Shown: piece after piece, positions 19,583 to 29,338 of the stretch | Layout: every line of letters begins with the position of its first letter | Position numbering within the stretch: the first letter of the stretch is position 1 | Assembly (NCBI GenBank): GCA_944326125.1 | Contig: CALVCR010000034.1 | Location: 1-51,371 of the forward strand | Direction of reading: 5' to 3' | DNA: 51,371 nucleotides | Origin: Candidatus Gastranaerophilales bacterium | Lineage (GTDB): Bacteria > Cyanobacteriota > Vampirovibrionia > Gastranaerophilales > Gastranaerophilaceae | The notes under the pieces: model-generated | Database searches by the model: none | Seen by the model: only the letters and a program-made list of their open reading frames with translations | What the model was told of the DNA's origin: nothing | Made by a program: the position numbers and the translations under genes

Positions 19583-20957
19583 TTTAAATGACATCAAATC
19601 AATATTTAAAAGCGGCAACGTTCTTACCGGCTTGGAAGAACGTTATTGCTATTCTTGTGATGCGTCTAATATGGATGAAGGCGGGCAAATCCCGGATGTG
19701 GTGGTTTTTGCGGAATCCATAGAAGAAGTTCAGAATGTTGTCAGGTATGCAAATATTCATGAGATTCCTATTGTTTCACGCGGCGCCGGAACCAATATGG
19801 TCGGGGCTTGCGTATGTAAAAGCGGCGGCATTGTCTTGAATTTTTCTAAGATGAATAAAATTCTGGAACTAAACACTACTAATATGACAGTGAGAGTTCA
19901 GCCGGGAGTTGTCCTTGGAGATTTGAAAGGTTTTGTTGAACAATTTGGCCTATTTTATCCCCCTGATCCTTCAAATTTTAAAGTATCAACTATTGGAGGG
20001 AGTATTGCTCAATCTTCCGGCGGGGCAATGTCTTTTAAGTATGGGACAACAAAAGATTATGTGTTGAGCTTGAAGGTGGTAACCGCTGACGGCGAGTTAA
20101 TGACATTAGGTGCCGGAACTATCAAGGATGCCTCCGGTTTCCATTTAAATCAACTTATTGTAGGCAGTGAAGGAACTCTTGCGATTGTAGTTGAAGCTGT
20201 TCTAAAATTGATCCCGAAACCTGAATCAAGCAGAGTTATTACAGCATATTTTGAATCTATGGACTCTGCAATTAATTCCGTAAATGGTATTATTGAGGAA
20301 AGAGTCTTTCCATCTACTATTGATTTTATGGACAATAATTCTATTCGCACTGTAGAGGATTTTTATCCATGCGGTTTAAATACAAAAGCTGAGGCTATGT
20401 TATTAATAGAGATTGACGGTTTTGAATCTTCAATGAATGAGCAGCAGCTGCGTGTGCTTGAGGTTTTAAAATCTACTGGTGCAACAGGAATTGATGTCGC
20501 AGACACTAATGAAAGATGTGAACAAATATGGACTGCAAGACGATCTTCTTTTGCTGCCTCTGCAAGATTAGCCCCTGATGTTGTTTCTGATGACATAATT
20601 GTGCCCAGAGAAAATTTGGCTGAGATGGTTTCAAGGTGTAAAGAGATAAGCGAAAAATATAACTTAAATATGTGTCTGGTAGGACATGTCGGAGACGGGA
20701 ATATACATCCTCAAATAGCACTGGATTTAGAAGATGATACGCAATTTAAAAATTATATTAAAGCTAAGTCTGAAATGTATGATTTTGCCTGGAAGCTTAG
20801 CGGCACAATTTCTGCTGAGCATGGTATAGGTATTGAAAAATTGTCTTACTTGGAAAATACTATAGATAAGAAAGCTATTGAGTATATGAAAATGATTAAG
20901 AAAGTTTTTGACCCTAAAAATATTTTAAATCCGGGGAAGGTTTTTATTATAAAATAA
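19566..20957 (+). CDS. FAD-linked oxidase, GlcD/D-lactate dehydrogenase family
   Basis: RGAGTN, YPPDPS, STIGG, GSEGTL, GHVGDGNIHP, TISAEHGIG, DPKNILNPGK. Confidence 0.93.
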   Translation: MLLKSNLNDIKSIFKSGNVLTGLEERYCYSCDASNMDEGGQIPDVVVFAESIEEVQNVVRYANIHEIPIVSRGAGTNMVGACVCKSGGIVLNFSKMNKILELNTTNMTVRVQPGVVLGDLKGFVEQFGLFYPPDPSNFKVSTIGGSIAQSSGGAMSFKYGTTKDYVLSLKVVTADGELMTLGAGTIKDASGFHLNQLIVGSEGTLAIVVEAVLKLIPKPESSRVITAYFESMDSAINSVNGIIEERVFPSTIDFMDNNSIRTVEDFYPCGLNTKAEAMLLIEIDGFESSMNEQQLRVLEVLKSTGATGIDVADTNERCEQIWTARRSSFAASARLAPDVVSDDIIVPRENLAEMVSRCKEISEKYNLNMCLVGHVGDGNIHPQIALDLEDDTQFKNYIKAKSEMYDFAWKLSGTISAEHGIGIEKLSYLENTIDKKAIEYMKMIKKVFDPKNILNPGKVFIIK

Positions 20958-20966
20958 GGAGAGATT

Positions 20967-21296
20967 ATGGATATAGTAGTAATTTATTGTACGTTGCCTG
21001 TTAAAAGTAAAAAAATTGCAAAAGATATTATACGAATATTAATGAAACATAAGCTTGCGGCTTGTGTATCGGTTGTGGAGCAGGTTAAATCTACTTTCTC
21101 CTGGGATGGGGAATTGTGTGAAGAAAAAGAACTTCTTATGATGATAAAGACAAGAAGAGCTAATTATGGAAAAGTTAAACTTGTAATAGAAGATATGCAC
21201 CCGTATACTGTGCCGGAAATTATTGCCCTTCCTGTTGTTGATTGTTCGGAAGATTATTTAAAATGGATAATAAAAGAGACAGAACCGAAAAATTAA
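20967..21296 (+). CDS. cutA: Divalent-cation tolerance protein CutA
   Basis: KLAACV, FSWDG, HPYTVPEIIALP, YLKWI. Confidence 0.95.
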   Translation: MDIVVIYCTLPVKSKKIAKDIIRILMKHKLAACVSVVEQVKSTFSWDGELCEEKELLMMIKTRRANYGKVKLVIEDMHPYTVPEIIALPVVDCSEDYLKWIIKETEPKN

Positions 21297-22036
21297 TAGA
21301 TTTTATACAATCATTTGATATTGAGCTTAATTATGGAAAAAATAAAGCTCGCGGTAATAAAGGTTTGTTTATTGCCAAAGATAAGAGGTATAGAATAGAT
21401 ATAGCAAAAGGACAGGAGGAAGATCCCGGGATTTTGCTGCATGAATTTGCTCATTATATTCATTTTAAATATGATAAAACATTAAAAACCCTTGATTTTA
21501 TATTTCCTTCTCTTGACGAGAAGACTCTGGATGAATTGATAGAGCTGACAGTAGCTCTTATTCCTAAAAATAGTGTTAAGCCTTTCTTTGATAAAGCTGA
21601 AATTTTAAAAAAGGATATTAAAGACCTTGCTTCAAAAATAAAGACAAAATACCCTGATTTTAAGATTTCTTCTCCATTTTCTCCCTTAGAAAGAAAAATT
21701 CCATATCCCCTTTCGTTTTTATTAAGGTATGATAAAGTTAGGTTTGCAGGCAATGTTTATTCCGTCGAAACGGCAAATATTGATGAATGGGCTGGTTTGT
21801 ATTTAAAATTAAAATCCAGACAACGAGCTTTGAAACGTATAAATTCAAGAATTGCAAAGTTAAACAGGTATTATAATTCGACGGGCGAACTTTTTGCCAG
21901 ATGTATTGAAATGTATTTTACCAATAAAGAAGTTGTGGCTGTAAAAGCGCCCAGTATTTGTACTTTACTAAATGATGCCCTTAATTCCGGTACAGTTCCT
22001 GAGTTAACAGGGTTAGCAAAGATTTGTTTAAATTAG
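21263..22036 (+). CDS. Putative zincin-like metallopeptidase
   Basis: LLHEFAHYIH (HExxH) and a distal YY..TGELFAR third-ligand motif; probable ATG 21263. Confidence 0.65.
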   Translation: MDNKRDRTEKLIDFIQSFDIELNYGKNKARGNKGLFIAKDKRYRIDIAKGQEEDPGILLHEFAHYIHFKYDKTLKTLDFIFPSLDEKTLDELIELTVALIPKNSVKPFFDKAEILKKDIKDLASKIKTKYPDFKISSPFSPLERKIPYPLSFLLRYDKVRFAGNVYSVETANIDEWAGLYLKLKSRQRALKRINSRIAKLNRYYNSTGELFARCIEMYFTNKEVVAVKAPSICTLLNDALNSGTVPELTGLAKICLN

Positions 22037-22094
22037 TTAATAAAATCTTTATTTTTTTTCTGTTTTCATGTAAAATACATAATGAGAGCTATAG

Positions 22095-22889
22095 TTGTTT
22101 ATTATGATCAAGAATTTTAATGACAAGAACCAGAAAAAAAATGATTTAATCATCTTATCGATGATAATTCTCGGTTTTTTATTTGTGGTTTGGCTCTGTA
22201 CTCCTCCGGGAAATAAATTTCTGCAAATGGCTTTCTGGGGTTCTAATACTCGTTTGTTTTTAGCCAAAATAACAAATAGTGCTGCAACTACAGAATGGAT
22301 TTTTCATAGGAACAATGCTGTATATTTAGCTAAAATGAAGAATAAAGAAGGTTCTTTGTTAGAAATTGATAAAGCAATAATGACTTTCCCTGCATACGGA
22401 AGAGATAAAGATTTATCAAATTTATATAAAGATAGAGCTCAAATAAGAACATACTGGGAAGATTATAAAGGGGCTCTGGATGACTACATTCATTCTGATA
22501 ATATAGATATGCAAGATAATTTAAGAGTTGCAATGCTTTATAAACTTAATGGTAATTATAAAGAAGCAATGTCTTACTGCAATAGTATTTTGGATGTAGA
22601 TCCTAATGCATATGCCGGCTTTGCTTGCATGGCGGATATATATGCTGAACTGGGGCATTATGATCTTTCTGTAAAAGTATTTGATCTGTTAATTGATCGT
22701 GTCAAAAATAAACCGAAATACTATGCTGATAGAGCAATGTATAAACAAAAGTGCGGAGATTTTGAAGGCTATGATGCTGATATGGCTAAAGCTAAGCAAC
22801 TGTCTCCAACTGCCAGACTGGATTATTCTATTATAGAAGAGGTTTTACATCCTAAAATGATTCGTATGGATATTATGCCTATTAAATAG
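22095..22889 (+). CDS. Membrane-anchored TPR protein
   Basis: N-terminal TM helix followed by TPR-like repeats (YKGALDDY, YKEAMSYCNSILDVDP, YYADRA). Confidence 0.8.
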   Translation: MFIMIKNFNDKNQKKNDLIILSMIILGFLFVVWLCTPPGNKFLQMAFWGSNTRLFLAKITNSAATTEWIFHRNNAVYLAKMKNKEGSLLEIDKAIMTFPAYGRDKDLSNLYKDRAQIRTYWEDYKGALDDYIHSDNIDMQDNLRVAMLYKLNGNYKEAMSYCNSILDVDPNAYAGFACMADIYAELGHYDLSVKVFDLLIDRVKNKPKYYADRAMYKQKCGDFEGYDADMAKAKQLSPTARLDYSIIEEVLHPKMIRMDIMPIK

Positions 22890-22975
22890 AAACTTCAAAT
22901 CTTTATATTTACTTAACATTTATTCTTTATTTTTGGTTTAAAATATTAATATATCAGATTTGAGGTGATGTAATA

Positions 22976-24598
22976 ATGAAGTATTCGGAATATTCTGTTG
23001 TAATTATTGGTAGCGGTGCTGCAGGGTTGTATTCCGCTTTAAAAATATCACGGCAGATTGAGTTACCAGATGGAATACTTCTTGTAACTAAATCAAATTT
23101 AGGCGAAAGTAACTCAAAGTATGCACAGGGAGGAATTGTAGGGGTATTACATCAAAACCCCGGAGACAGTGTAAATCTGCATGTGGAGGATACTCTTAAA
23201 GCGGGTGCGGGTTTGAGTGAATCGGAAGTTGTAAGGTATATTTCCCAACGCTCAGATGAGGTTATAAATGATTTGATTGATATTGGAGTTCCTTTTGATA
23301 AAGATAATTCCGGAAATCTTGCGTTTACCTTAGAAGCAGCTCATAGTTTTAAGAGAATTCTTCATGTCAATGGCGATGCTACAGGAAAGGGTATTACAGA
23401 TACATTAGTACAGAAAGTTCTTGAAGATGAAAATATTACTGTGATTGAAAACTCGGTAGCAGCAGAACTTTTGGTAAATTCCGATAGTGAATGCAAAGGG
23501 GTTATCCTTTATAATGATATTACCGGCGAACACGAAATCGTTTATACCTCAGCAGTTATTCTTGCTACGGGTGGTGTCGGACAGTTATATAAGTATACAA
23601 CAAATCCGGATGGCGCAACCGGTGATGGTATAGATTTAGCTTATAATGCAGGTGCAATTATTCAGGATATGGAGTTTATACAATTCCATCCGACTGCTCT
23701 TGCTCTGAATGCTTCCAGCAGGGAAAGATTTTTAATATCAGAAGCTGTCAGAGGCGAAGGGGCAAAACTAGTGGATAGCGAAGGTAATGAATTTATGTCT
23801 CATTATCATGATAAAAGAGAGCTTGCTCCCAGAGACATTGTTACCAGGGCTATATATAATGAGATGAACAAAACTCACTCTCCGAATGTCTACTTAAATG
23901 CTTCAATTATTGACAAGACCCGCCTTTTTGATAGATTCCCTACGATATCAAAAAAATGTATTGATAGAGGCCTTGATATTTCCCAAAAACCAATACCTGT
24001 TGCTCCTGCAGCTCATTATTGTATGGGCGGGATAAAAGCAACAATTGAAGGTAAAACCTCTATCAGAGGTCTTTATGCAATTGGTGAAACTGCTTCTACA
24101 GGCTTGCACGGAGCAAACAGACTTGCAAGTAATTCTTTGCTTGAATGCGTTGTGTCTGCTTACGAACTGGCAGATTACTTATCATTTGCAAATCTTGTTC
24201 CTCCGAAGAAAATTGATTCTTCAATTATGAATACAATAAGTTTGTATGAAGAACCGCTGGTTGATGTTGAATACAATATTGAGCTTATGAAACAAAATTT
24301 AAAAGATATTATGTGGGAAAATGTCGGTATTATAAGGTCTGCAGAATCTTTAAACAAAGCTAAAGAACAGATATCTAAATTAAAAAAAGGCTTTTTACGT
24401 AATCGCAAGTGCTCAAGTAAAGAAGAATATGAATATAGAAATATGTTGAATGTTGCTGCACTTATTGTGGAGGCAGCTTTCAATCGTAAAGAATCAAGAG
24501 GTGCTCATTCCAGATCTGATTATCCCAAAACGGATTCTGTGGCACTGCATTCGACGATGATTAAACAGAATAACAGGGAGTTAGCTTATGTTGAATAA
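22976..24598 (+). CDS. nadB: L-aspartate oxidase
   Basis: IIGSGAAGL, SKYAQGGI, QFHPT, LISEAVRGEG, ELAPRDIV, GLHGANRLASNSLLE, ESRGAH. Confidence 0.97.
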   Translation: MKYSEYSVVIIGSGAAGLYSALKISRQIELPDGILLVTKSNLGESNSKYAQGGIVGVLHQNPGDSVNLHVEDTLKAGAGLSESEVVRYISQRSDEVINDLIDIGVPFDKDNSGNLAFTLEAAHSFKRILHVNGDATGKGITDTLVQKVLEDENITVIENSVAAELLVNSDSECKGVILYNDITGEHEIVYTSAVILATGGVGQLYKYTTNPDGATGDGIDLAYNAGAIIQDMEFIQFHPTALALNASSRERFLISEAVRGEGAKLVDSEGNEFMSHYHDKRELAPRDIVTRAIYNEMNKTHSPNVYLNASIIDKTRLFDRFPTISKKCIDRGLDISQKPIPVAPAAHYCMGGIKATIEGKTSIRGLYAIGETASTGLHGANRLASNSLLECVVSAYELADYLSFANLVPPKKIDSSIMNTISLYEEPLVDVEYNIELMKQNLKDIMWENVGIIRSAESLNKAKEQISKLKKGFLRNRKCSSKEEYEYRNMLNVAALIVEAAFNRKESRGAHSRSDYPKTDSVALHSTMIKQNNRELAYVE

Positions 24599-25421
24599 CT
24601 TTTTTATTGAAGATCACGTAAAAAATGCTCTTCAGGAAGATATAGGGTTCGGGGATATAACTACAGATTACTTAACAAATGAAGAAGATACCATGAGTTG
24701 TGAGTTAAATACTCGTGTCGATGGTGTCTTTTGCGGAAAGGCAGTCTTTGAAACAGTTTTTAGGATACTTTCTTCGAAAGTTGAGGTAAAATTCTATTTT
24801 AAGGATGGAGATATTATAAAAAAGGGTGATAAAATTGCAGATATTCAAGGCCCTGCCCGTTATGTTCTTATGGGAGAACGTACTGCTTTAAATTATGTTC
24901 AAAGAATGAGCGGTATCGCTACTGAAACTAAAAAGTATCAGGATGCTATCGGCGATTATCCTGCTAAGATTGTAGATACAAGAAAAACTACTCCTGGATT
25001 TAGAGCTTTTGAAAAGTATTCTGTTAAAATGGGCGGAGGGGCTTTGCACAGATTTAACTTATCAGATTGTGCGATGATAAAGGATAACCATATTAAATTT
25101 GCAGGATCGTTAACAAATGCGGTTAGAAAATTAAAAGAGAATCTTTCTCATGCGCATAAAATTGAAGTAGAATGTGATACAATGGCTCAGGTCAAAGAAG
25201 CTTTAGCTTGCGGAGTTGATATTATCATGCTGGATAATATGGACGTGGATAGAATGAAAGAATGTGTTAAATTAATAGATAAAAAAGCTATAGTAGAGGC
25301 TAGCGGGAATGTTAATTTATCAACTGTAAATGAAATTGCATCGACAGGCGTGGATATTATATCTTCAAGTGCAATAGTTGCCAAAGCGCCAACCTTGGAT
25401 TTAGGTTTAGATTGTAAATAA
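24588..25421 (+). CDS. nadC: Quinolinate phosphoribosyltransferase
   Basis: EDIGFGDITT, GERTALN, DTRKTTPG, MIKDNH, IMLDNM, EASGN. Confidence 0.97.
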   Translation: MLNNFFIEDHVKNALQEDIGFGDITTDYLTNEEDTMSCELNTRVDGVFCGKAVFETVFRILSSKVEVKFYFKDGDIIKKGDKIADIQGPARYVLMGERTALNYVQRMSGIATETKKYQDAIGDYPAKIVDTRKTTPGFRAFEKYSVKMGGGALHRFNLSDCAMIKDNHIKFAGSLTNAVRKLKENLSHAHKIEVECDTMAQVKEALACGVDIIMLDNMDVDRMKECVKLIDKKAIVEASGNVNLSTVNEIASTGVDIISSSAIVAKAPTLDLGLDCK

Positions 25422-25422
25422 T

Positions 25423-25677
25423 TTAGAGCTTGCTTTTTTCTCGATCTAATTTTCTTTGTTCACTGTTAAGTTTAGCCTGCTCATTATTCAATTTTGTTTG
25501 TTCGTTATCCAAGCGCAGTTGTTCTCTATTGTGCTGGTCAATTTCTCTTTGTAAATCACGAACTTCTGTTTCCAGCTTTTGTTCTTCCTGACGAAGTTCT
25601 CCTGCTGTTTTTTTCTTGAAACCCGGAGTGAAATATAAGTAATTATTTCCGGTTAGGTTAACAAACTGTACCTTCAT
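25423..25677 (-). CDS. Small coiled-coil protein with heptad repeats
   Basis: AAGGAG SD; 84 aa; repeats QLRLDNE/QTKLNNE/QAKLNSE/QRKLDRE. Confidence 0.75.
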   Translation of the reverse strand: MKVQFVNLTGNNYLYFTPGFKKKTAGELRQEEQKLETEVRDLQREIDQHNREQLRLDNEQTKLNNEQAKLNSEQRKLDREKSKL

Positions 25678-25846
25678 ACATAACTCCTTATGTATCTATT
25701 ATAAATCATGTAAAAGAAAATTTTGCTACTTTTGGAAATTATTTAAATAGTTTTATCTAAGAAACTGTGATAGAATTAGCTTATAAGTACTTTATAAATA
25801 TTACACGCAGATAATACATGAGGTAATTAAAAATGAAGTTAAATGC

Positions 25847-25920
25847 CTCCTTGTAGCTCAGTTGGATAGAGCGCAGGTCTCCGAAGCCTGAGGTCATGGG
25901 TTCAATTCCCGTCAAGGAGG
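25847..25920 (+). tRNA. tRNA-Arg(CCG), CCA not encoded
   Basis: Acceptor CTCCTTG/CAAGGAG; D arm GCTC-AGTTGGATA-GAGC; anticodon arm CAGGT-CT CCG AA-GCCTG; T arm ATGGG-TTCAATT-CCCGT. Confidence 0.95.
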
Positions 25921-26004
25921 TTTTAAATTCATATGGAATTACGATTGATGAATCTGCTACAAATGTGTTATACTAATAAAGTTAAAAGATATGGGGCACT
26001 GCTG

Positions 26005-27897
26005 GTGGGTTTTTTCGATAGTTTAAAGAATTTTAAAAATCAAATAGATCATATAGAGTCATCAGTGTATAGCGGTAAACAATCCCTTCTGGAGCTGTAT
26101 GAACGTAATGCCAGACTGGAAGCAGAGATTGCAATGCGAACAAAAGAACTGGATACTGCAAACAGGCAGATGCTTACATTACAGCATATCTGGGATATGA
26201 TGAATTCTTCAAAGCCGCTTTCAAGCGTTTTGAATGCTACTGTAAGCAGCTTACAGGGAGAGCTTGGTTATCTTCACAGTTGTATTGCAAAGCGTCTTGT
26301 GGATAATGAAGGTGACTATCTGCAGGTCGTAGCGTGTTCAGGTGAACTTTTTGGAGATAAATTTCTTAACTTTTTTAGCTGCGAACCTTCTGATTTGAGA
26401 TTAAAATTTCCTAATATTGAAGAACTTCCCGGAGCAATTGACGGAAATAAAATTTACCAGTCTCGAGAAATTTTTAATCTTGTAAAGAGTGTTGTTCCAA
26501 ATGTTTCAGATGATGTGGCAAAACAAGTGGCAGAAGAAACAAAAGCAAAATCATTTATGCTTGTTCCGCTTTCCTATAATCATTCCCATTTCGGTTCTTT
26601 AGTCGTATTTTCAACCAGAGAGACTGCTACAGAAAATGAATTAAATTTCTTGTCATTGTTTGCAAAACAGATAGAACTGGCTATAACTATTGCGGATCTT
26701 TTCCAAGCAGTTAAAGAACAAGCAATAACTGATGGTATGACGGGTTTGTACAACAGAAGATATTTTGAAGAGTATATTAAGAAAGAAGCTGTACGTGCGG
26801 GGCGCCAAAATCAGAAATTTACTGTTATAGGAATAGATTTGGATCACTTGAAAAAAATTAATGATATGTATGGTCATAATTATGGCGATATAGCAATTAA
26901 AGCTATTGCAGAAGTTTTAAAAACCAACGGCCGTTCTATTGACGTGGCTGCAAGGATGGGTGGTGAAGAGTTTAATGTAATTCTCCCCGGTGTTGATTCA
27001 GCCGGAGGACAAGTTTTTGCGGAACGTATAAGAAAATCTATAGAGGCTGTGACATTAGAAAAAATAGGCCATATTACAGCGAGTTTAGGTGTAGCAACAT
27101 ATATGGAGCATTCTGAAGATATAGATGAGCTGCTTGAGCTGGTTGACCATGCAATGTATGAGTCAAAAAGGAACGGAAGAAACAGGGTCACTCTGGCAAA
27201 ACCTGTAAGTGAAACTTCTTGGCAAGAGGTTGCGATAGATACCTTTATGGATATTTTGTCTAAACACCGCATTCCTTTGGACATTAAGACTTCCAAAATA
27301 CTTACTAATAAGCTTCAGGAAATGAATATTAACAATGATATGCTTTATCAAGTATCAGATGCCCTTATTAAAACTTATAACCCTGAACATACTGAAGATG
27401 GTACAAAACAAAAAGTTCAATTAGCATCTTTGTTAGCTAAGCGTTTTGATTTATCGAAAGAAAGTATTGATAAATTGAAAATAGCAGTTCTTTTATATGA
27501 TATAGGTAATACAATGGTTCCAAAGGAAATTTTAGAGAAAAAAGAACCATTGACTGAGGAAGATAAAAAATCTATTAAGCAGCATCCGCTGATAGCAGCA
27601 AGGGAGATTTTAGAACCTATAAGTACTGTGGTGGATATTATTCCAATAATTGAAAAACATCACGAAAACTGGAACGGTACAGGTTATCCTAATAAGCTTT
27701 CCGGAGACAGCATACCAATAGAATCTCAGATTATCTTAATAGTGGATTCCTATTGCGCATTGTTGGAAAATCGTCCATACAGGTCTGCTATGTCAAAAGA
27801 AGATGCTTTAAAAACTATTATGGCAGATGCTAATAATAAGTGGAGTGATAAACTTGCTCAGGAGTTCGTTTCAATTGTGCAAAACGAATTTGATTAG
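26005..27897 (+). CDS. Coiled-coil/GAF/GGDEF diguanylate cyclase with a degenerate HD-GYP domain
   Basis: TDGMTGLYNRRYF, RSIDVAARMGGEEF, LLYDIG (HD to YD), HHENWNGTGYP; probable GTG start at 26005 (track 25933) downstream of TATACT. Confidence 0.9.
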   Translation: MGFFDSLKNFKNQIDHIESSVYSGKQSLLELYERNARLEAEIAMRTKELDTANRQMLTLQHIWDMMNSSKPLSSVLNATVSSLQGELGYLHSCIAKRLVDNEGDYLQVVACSGELFGDKFLNFFSCEPSDLRLKFPNIEELPGAIDGNKIYQSREIFNLVKSVVPNVSDDVAKQVAEETKAKSFMLVPLSYNHSHFGSLVVFSTRETATENELNFLSLFAKQIELAITIADLFQAVKEQAITDGMTGLYNRRYFEEYIKKEAVRAGRQNQKFTVIGIDLDHLKKINDMYGHNYGDIAIKAIAEVLKTNGRSIDVAARMGGEEFNVILPGVDSAGGQVFAERIRKSIEAVTLEKIGHITASLGVATYMEHSEDIDELLELVDHAMYESKRNGRNRVTLAKPVSETSWQEVAIDTFMDILSKHRIPLDIKTSKILTNKLQEMNINNDMLYQVSDALIKTYNPEHTEDGTKQKVQLASLLAKRFDLSKESIDKLKIAVLLYDIGNTMVPKEILEKKEPLTEEDKKSIKQHPLIAAREILEPISTVVDIIPIIEKHHENWNGTGYPNKLSGDSIPIESQIILIVDSYCALLENRPYRSAMSKEDALKTIMADANNKWSDKLAQEFVSIVQNEFD

Positions 27898-27908
27898 GAA
27901 TTTAAACT

Positions 27909-28421
27909 ATGATAGAGCTTTTGATTTTATATGAATTGAGTAAAAAAGTTTTAACAATGTATGGTATTTCCAAAGAAATACGACTTATGTTTGCAGTTTT
28001 AACCACTCCCAGTTATGGAACTATAAAACCGGCATTAAATCGTCTTGAGAAAGGCGGATTTGTTAAAACTCAAAAAACAATGACCTCCGGCGGCAGGCCT
28101 TCTACGTATTATTCAATAACAGCTGCCGGACAGGAAGAATTAAAGGCACTTTTGCTTGCTCATCCTAATGAGAATCCTGTTCAATTTTTGACATCGTCCA
28201 GAATTAAACTTGCCTGTGCAGATGTATTAAGCAAAGACGAACAGATGGTTCTGTTTCGTGTATTACGTATAAAAGCTGAAAATATTATGCTGGATACGAA
28301 AAATATACTCAGTAAGAACAAGTCTGAATTTTATCCCAAACTTGTATTTGATAATTTGATGTGTGAATACAGAAATTTTATATCTTTATTGGAAGGATTT
28401 GAAAACGCTTGCAAGAACTAA
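27909..28421 (+). CDS. PadR-family transcriptional regulator
   Basis: MYGISKEI, SYGTIKPALNRLEKGGFV, YYSITAAGQEEL. Confidence 0.88.
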   Translation: MIELLILYELSKKVLTMYGISKEIRLMFAVLTTPSYGTIKPALNRLEKGGFVKTQKTMTSGGRPSTYYSITAAGQEELKALLLAHPNENPVQFLTSSRIKLACADVLSKDEQMVLFRVLRIKAENIMLDTKNILSKNKSEFYPKLVFDNLMCEYRNFISLLEGFENACKN

Positions 28422-28525
28422 GACTTCCTCAAGTGTTTAGTAAACTATAGCTGGGTGGCTAATATACTGTAACTCTTTACCATTATTTAATAGTTTTGTA
28501 CACAAAAGTAGTAAGGAGAGAGTAG

Positions 28526-29212
28526 ATGAGTACCACAGTTGAGATTGAGAAAAAGACAATCAGCGTAATTATAATTGAGGATTTTAAGCTGACGAGAGTT
28601 GGCCTTCGTTGTGCATTAAATTCCAATGAGGATATTGAGGTTGTTGCAGAAAGTGATAATGCTGTTGATGGTCTTGAATTAATAGCAAAATATAATCCGA
28701 ATATTGTTTTAATGGATTTAGGCCTTGCAGGAATGAACGGTATAGAGGCTACATTAAAAGTTAAAGAAATGAATAAGGATATTAAAGTTATAGCATTGAC
28801 GTCTCATGACAGAGAGGAAGAAGTTATCGCTGCATTATCCTCAGGGGCAATGGCATATTGCCTGAAAGATATTGATCCTTCTAAACTGGCAGATGTTATA
28901 AGAGATGTAGTAAATGGTGTATGCTGGCTGGATCCGGTTATAGCAAGAAAGGTTCTGGATTCATTTCCTAAGCAGGAAACATTAGGCATTTTAAAAGACA
29001 AGTCTTCGGAAGAAGGTCGTGTACCTCTTACTGAAAGAGAGTATGAAGTGTTGAAACACCTTGTTGAAGGAAAGAGTAATACAGAAATCGCAAAAGAATT
29101 AATTGTAAGTGTACATACGGCGAAAGCTCATGTTTGCTCAATTCTCCAGAAAATGTGTGTGAACGACAGAGTTCAGGCTGCGGTTAAAGCTGTAAAAGAA
29201 GGTTTGGTCTGA
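28526..29212 (+). CDS. NarL/FixJ-family response regulator (REC + LuxR HTH)
   Basis: IIED, VLMDLGLAGMNGIEA, LTSH, YCLKD, LTEREYEVL..GKSNTEIA..VSVHTAKAHV. Confidence 0.94.
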   Translation: MSTTVEIEKKTISVIIIEDFKLTRVGLRCALNSNEDIEVVAESDNAVDGLELIAKYNPNIVLMDLGLAGMNGIEATLKVKEMNKDIKVIALTSHDREEEVIAALSSGAMAYCLKDIDPSKLADVIRDVVNGVCWLDPVIARKVLDSFPKQETLGILKDKSSEEGRVPLTEREYEVLKHLVEGKSNTEIAKELIVSVHTAKAHVCSILQKMCVNDRVQAAVKAVKEGLV

Positions 29213-29241
29213 TTTTATCATATCTTTTAATTGATTATGTT

Positions 29242-29274
29242 ACGGGCGAAGCATTAAATATGCTTCGCCCGTTT
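29242..29274 (+). terminator. Hairpin ACGGGCGAAGCAT-TAAAT-ATGCTTCGCCCGT
   Basis: Perfect 13-bp stem after the response regulator; short T tail. Confidence 0.7.
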
Positions 29275-29338
29275 ACAATTTCGCCTGTTTGTAGTAGCGT
29301 ATATAATTGAGGATATATTAAAAAAAGAGGATTAATAG

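Noticed and set aside
22976-25421. nadB-nadC without nadA; tig without clpPX; split rfaE halves 9 kb apart
   Set aside because: Common rearrangements; the partners are probably elsewhere in the genome
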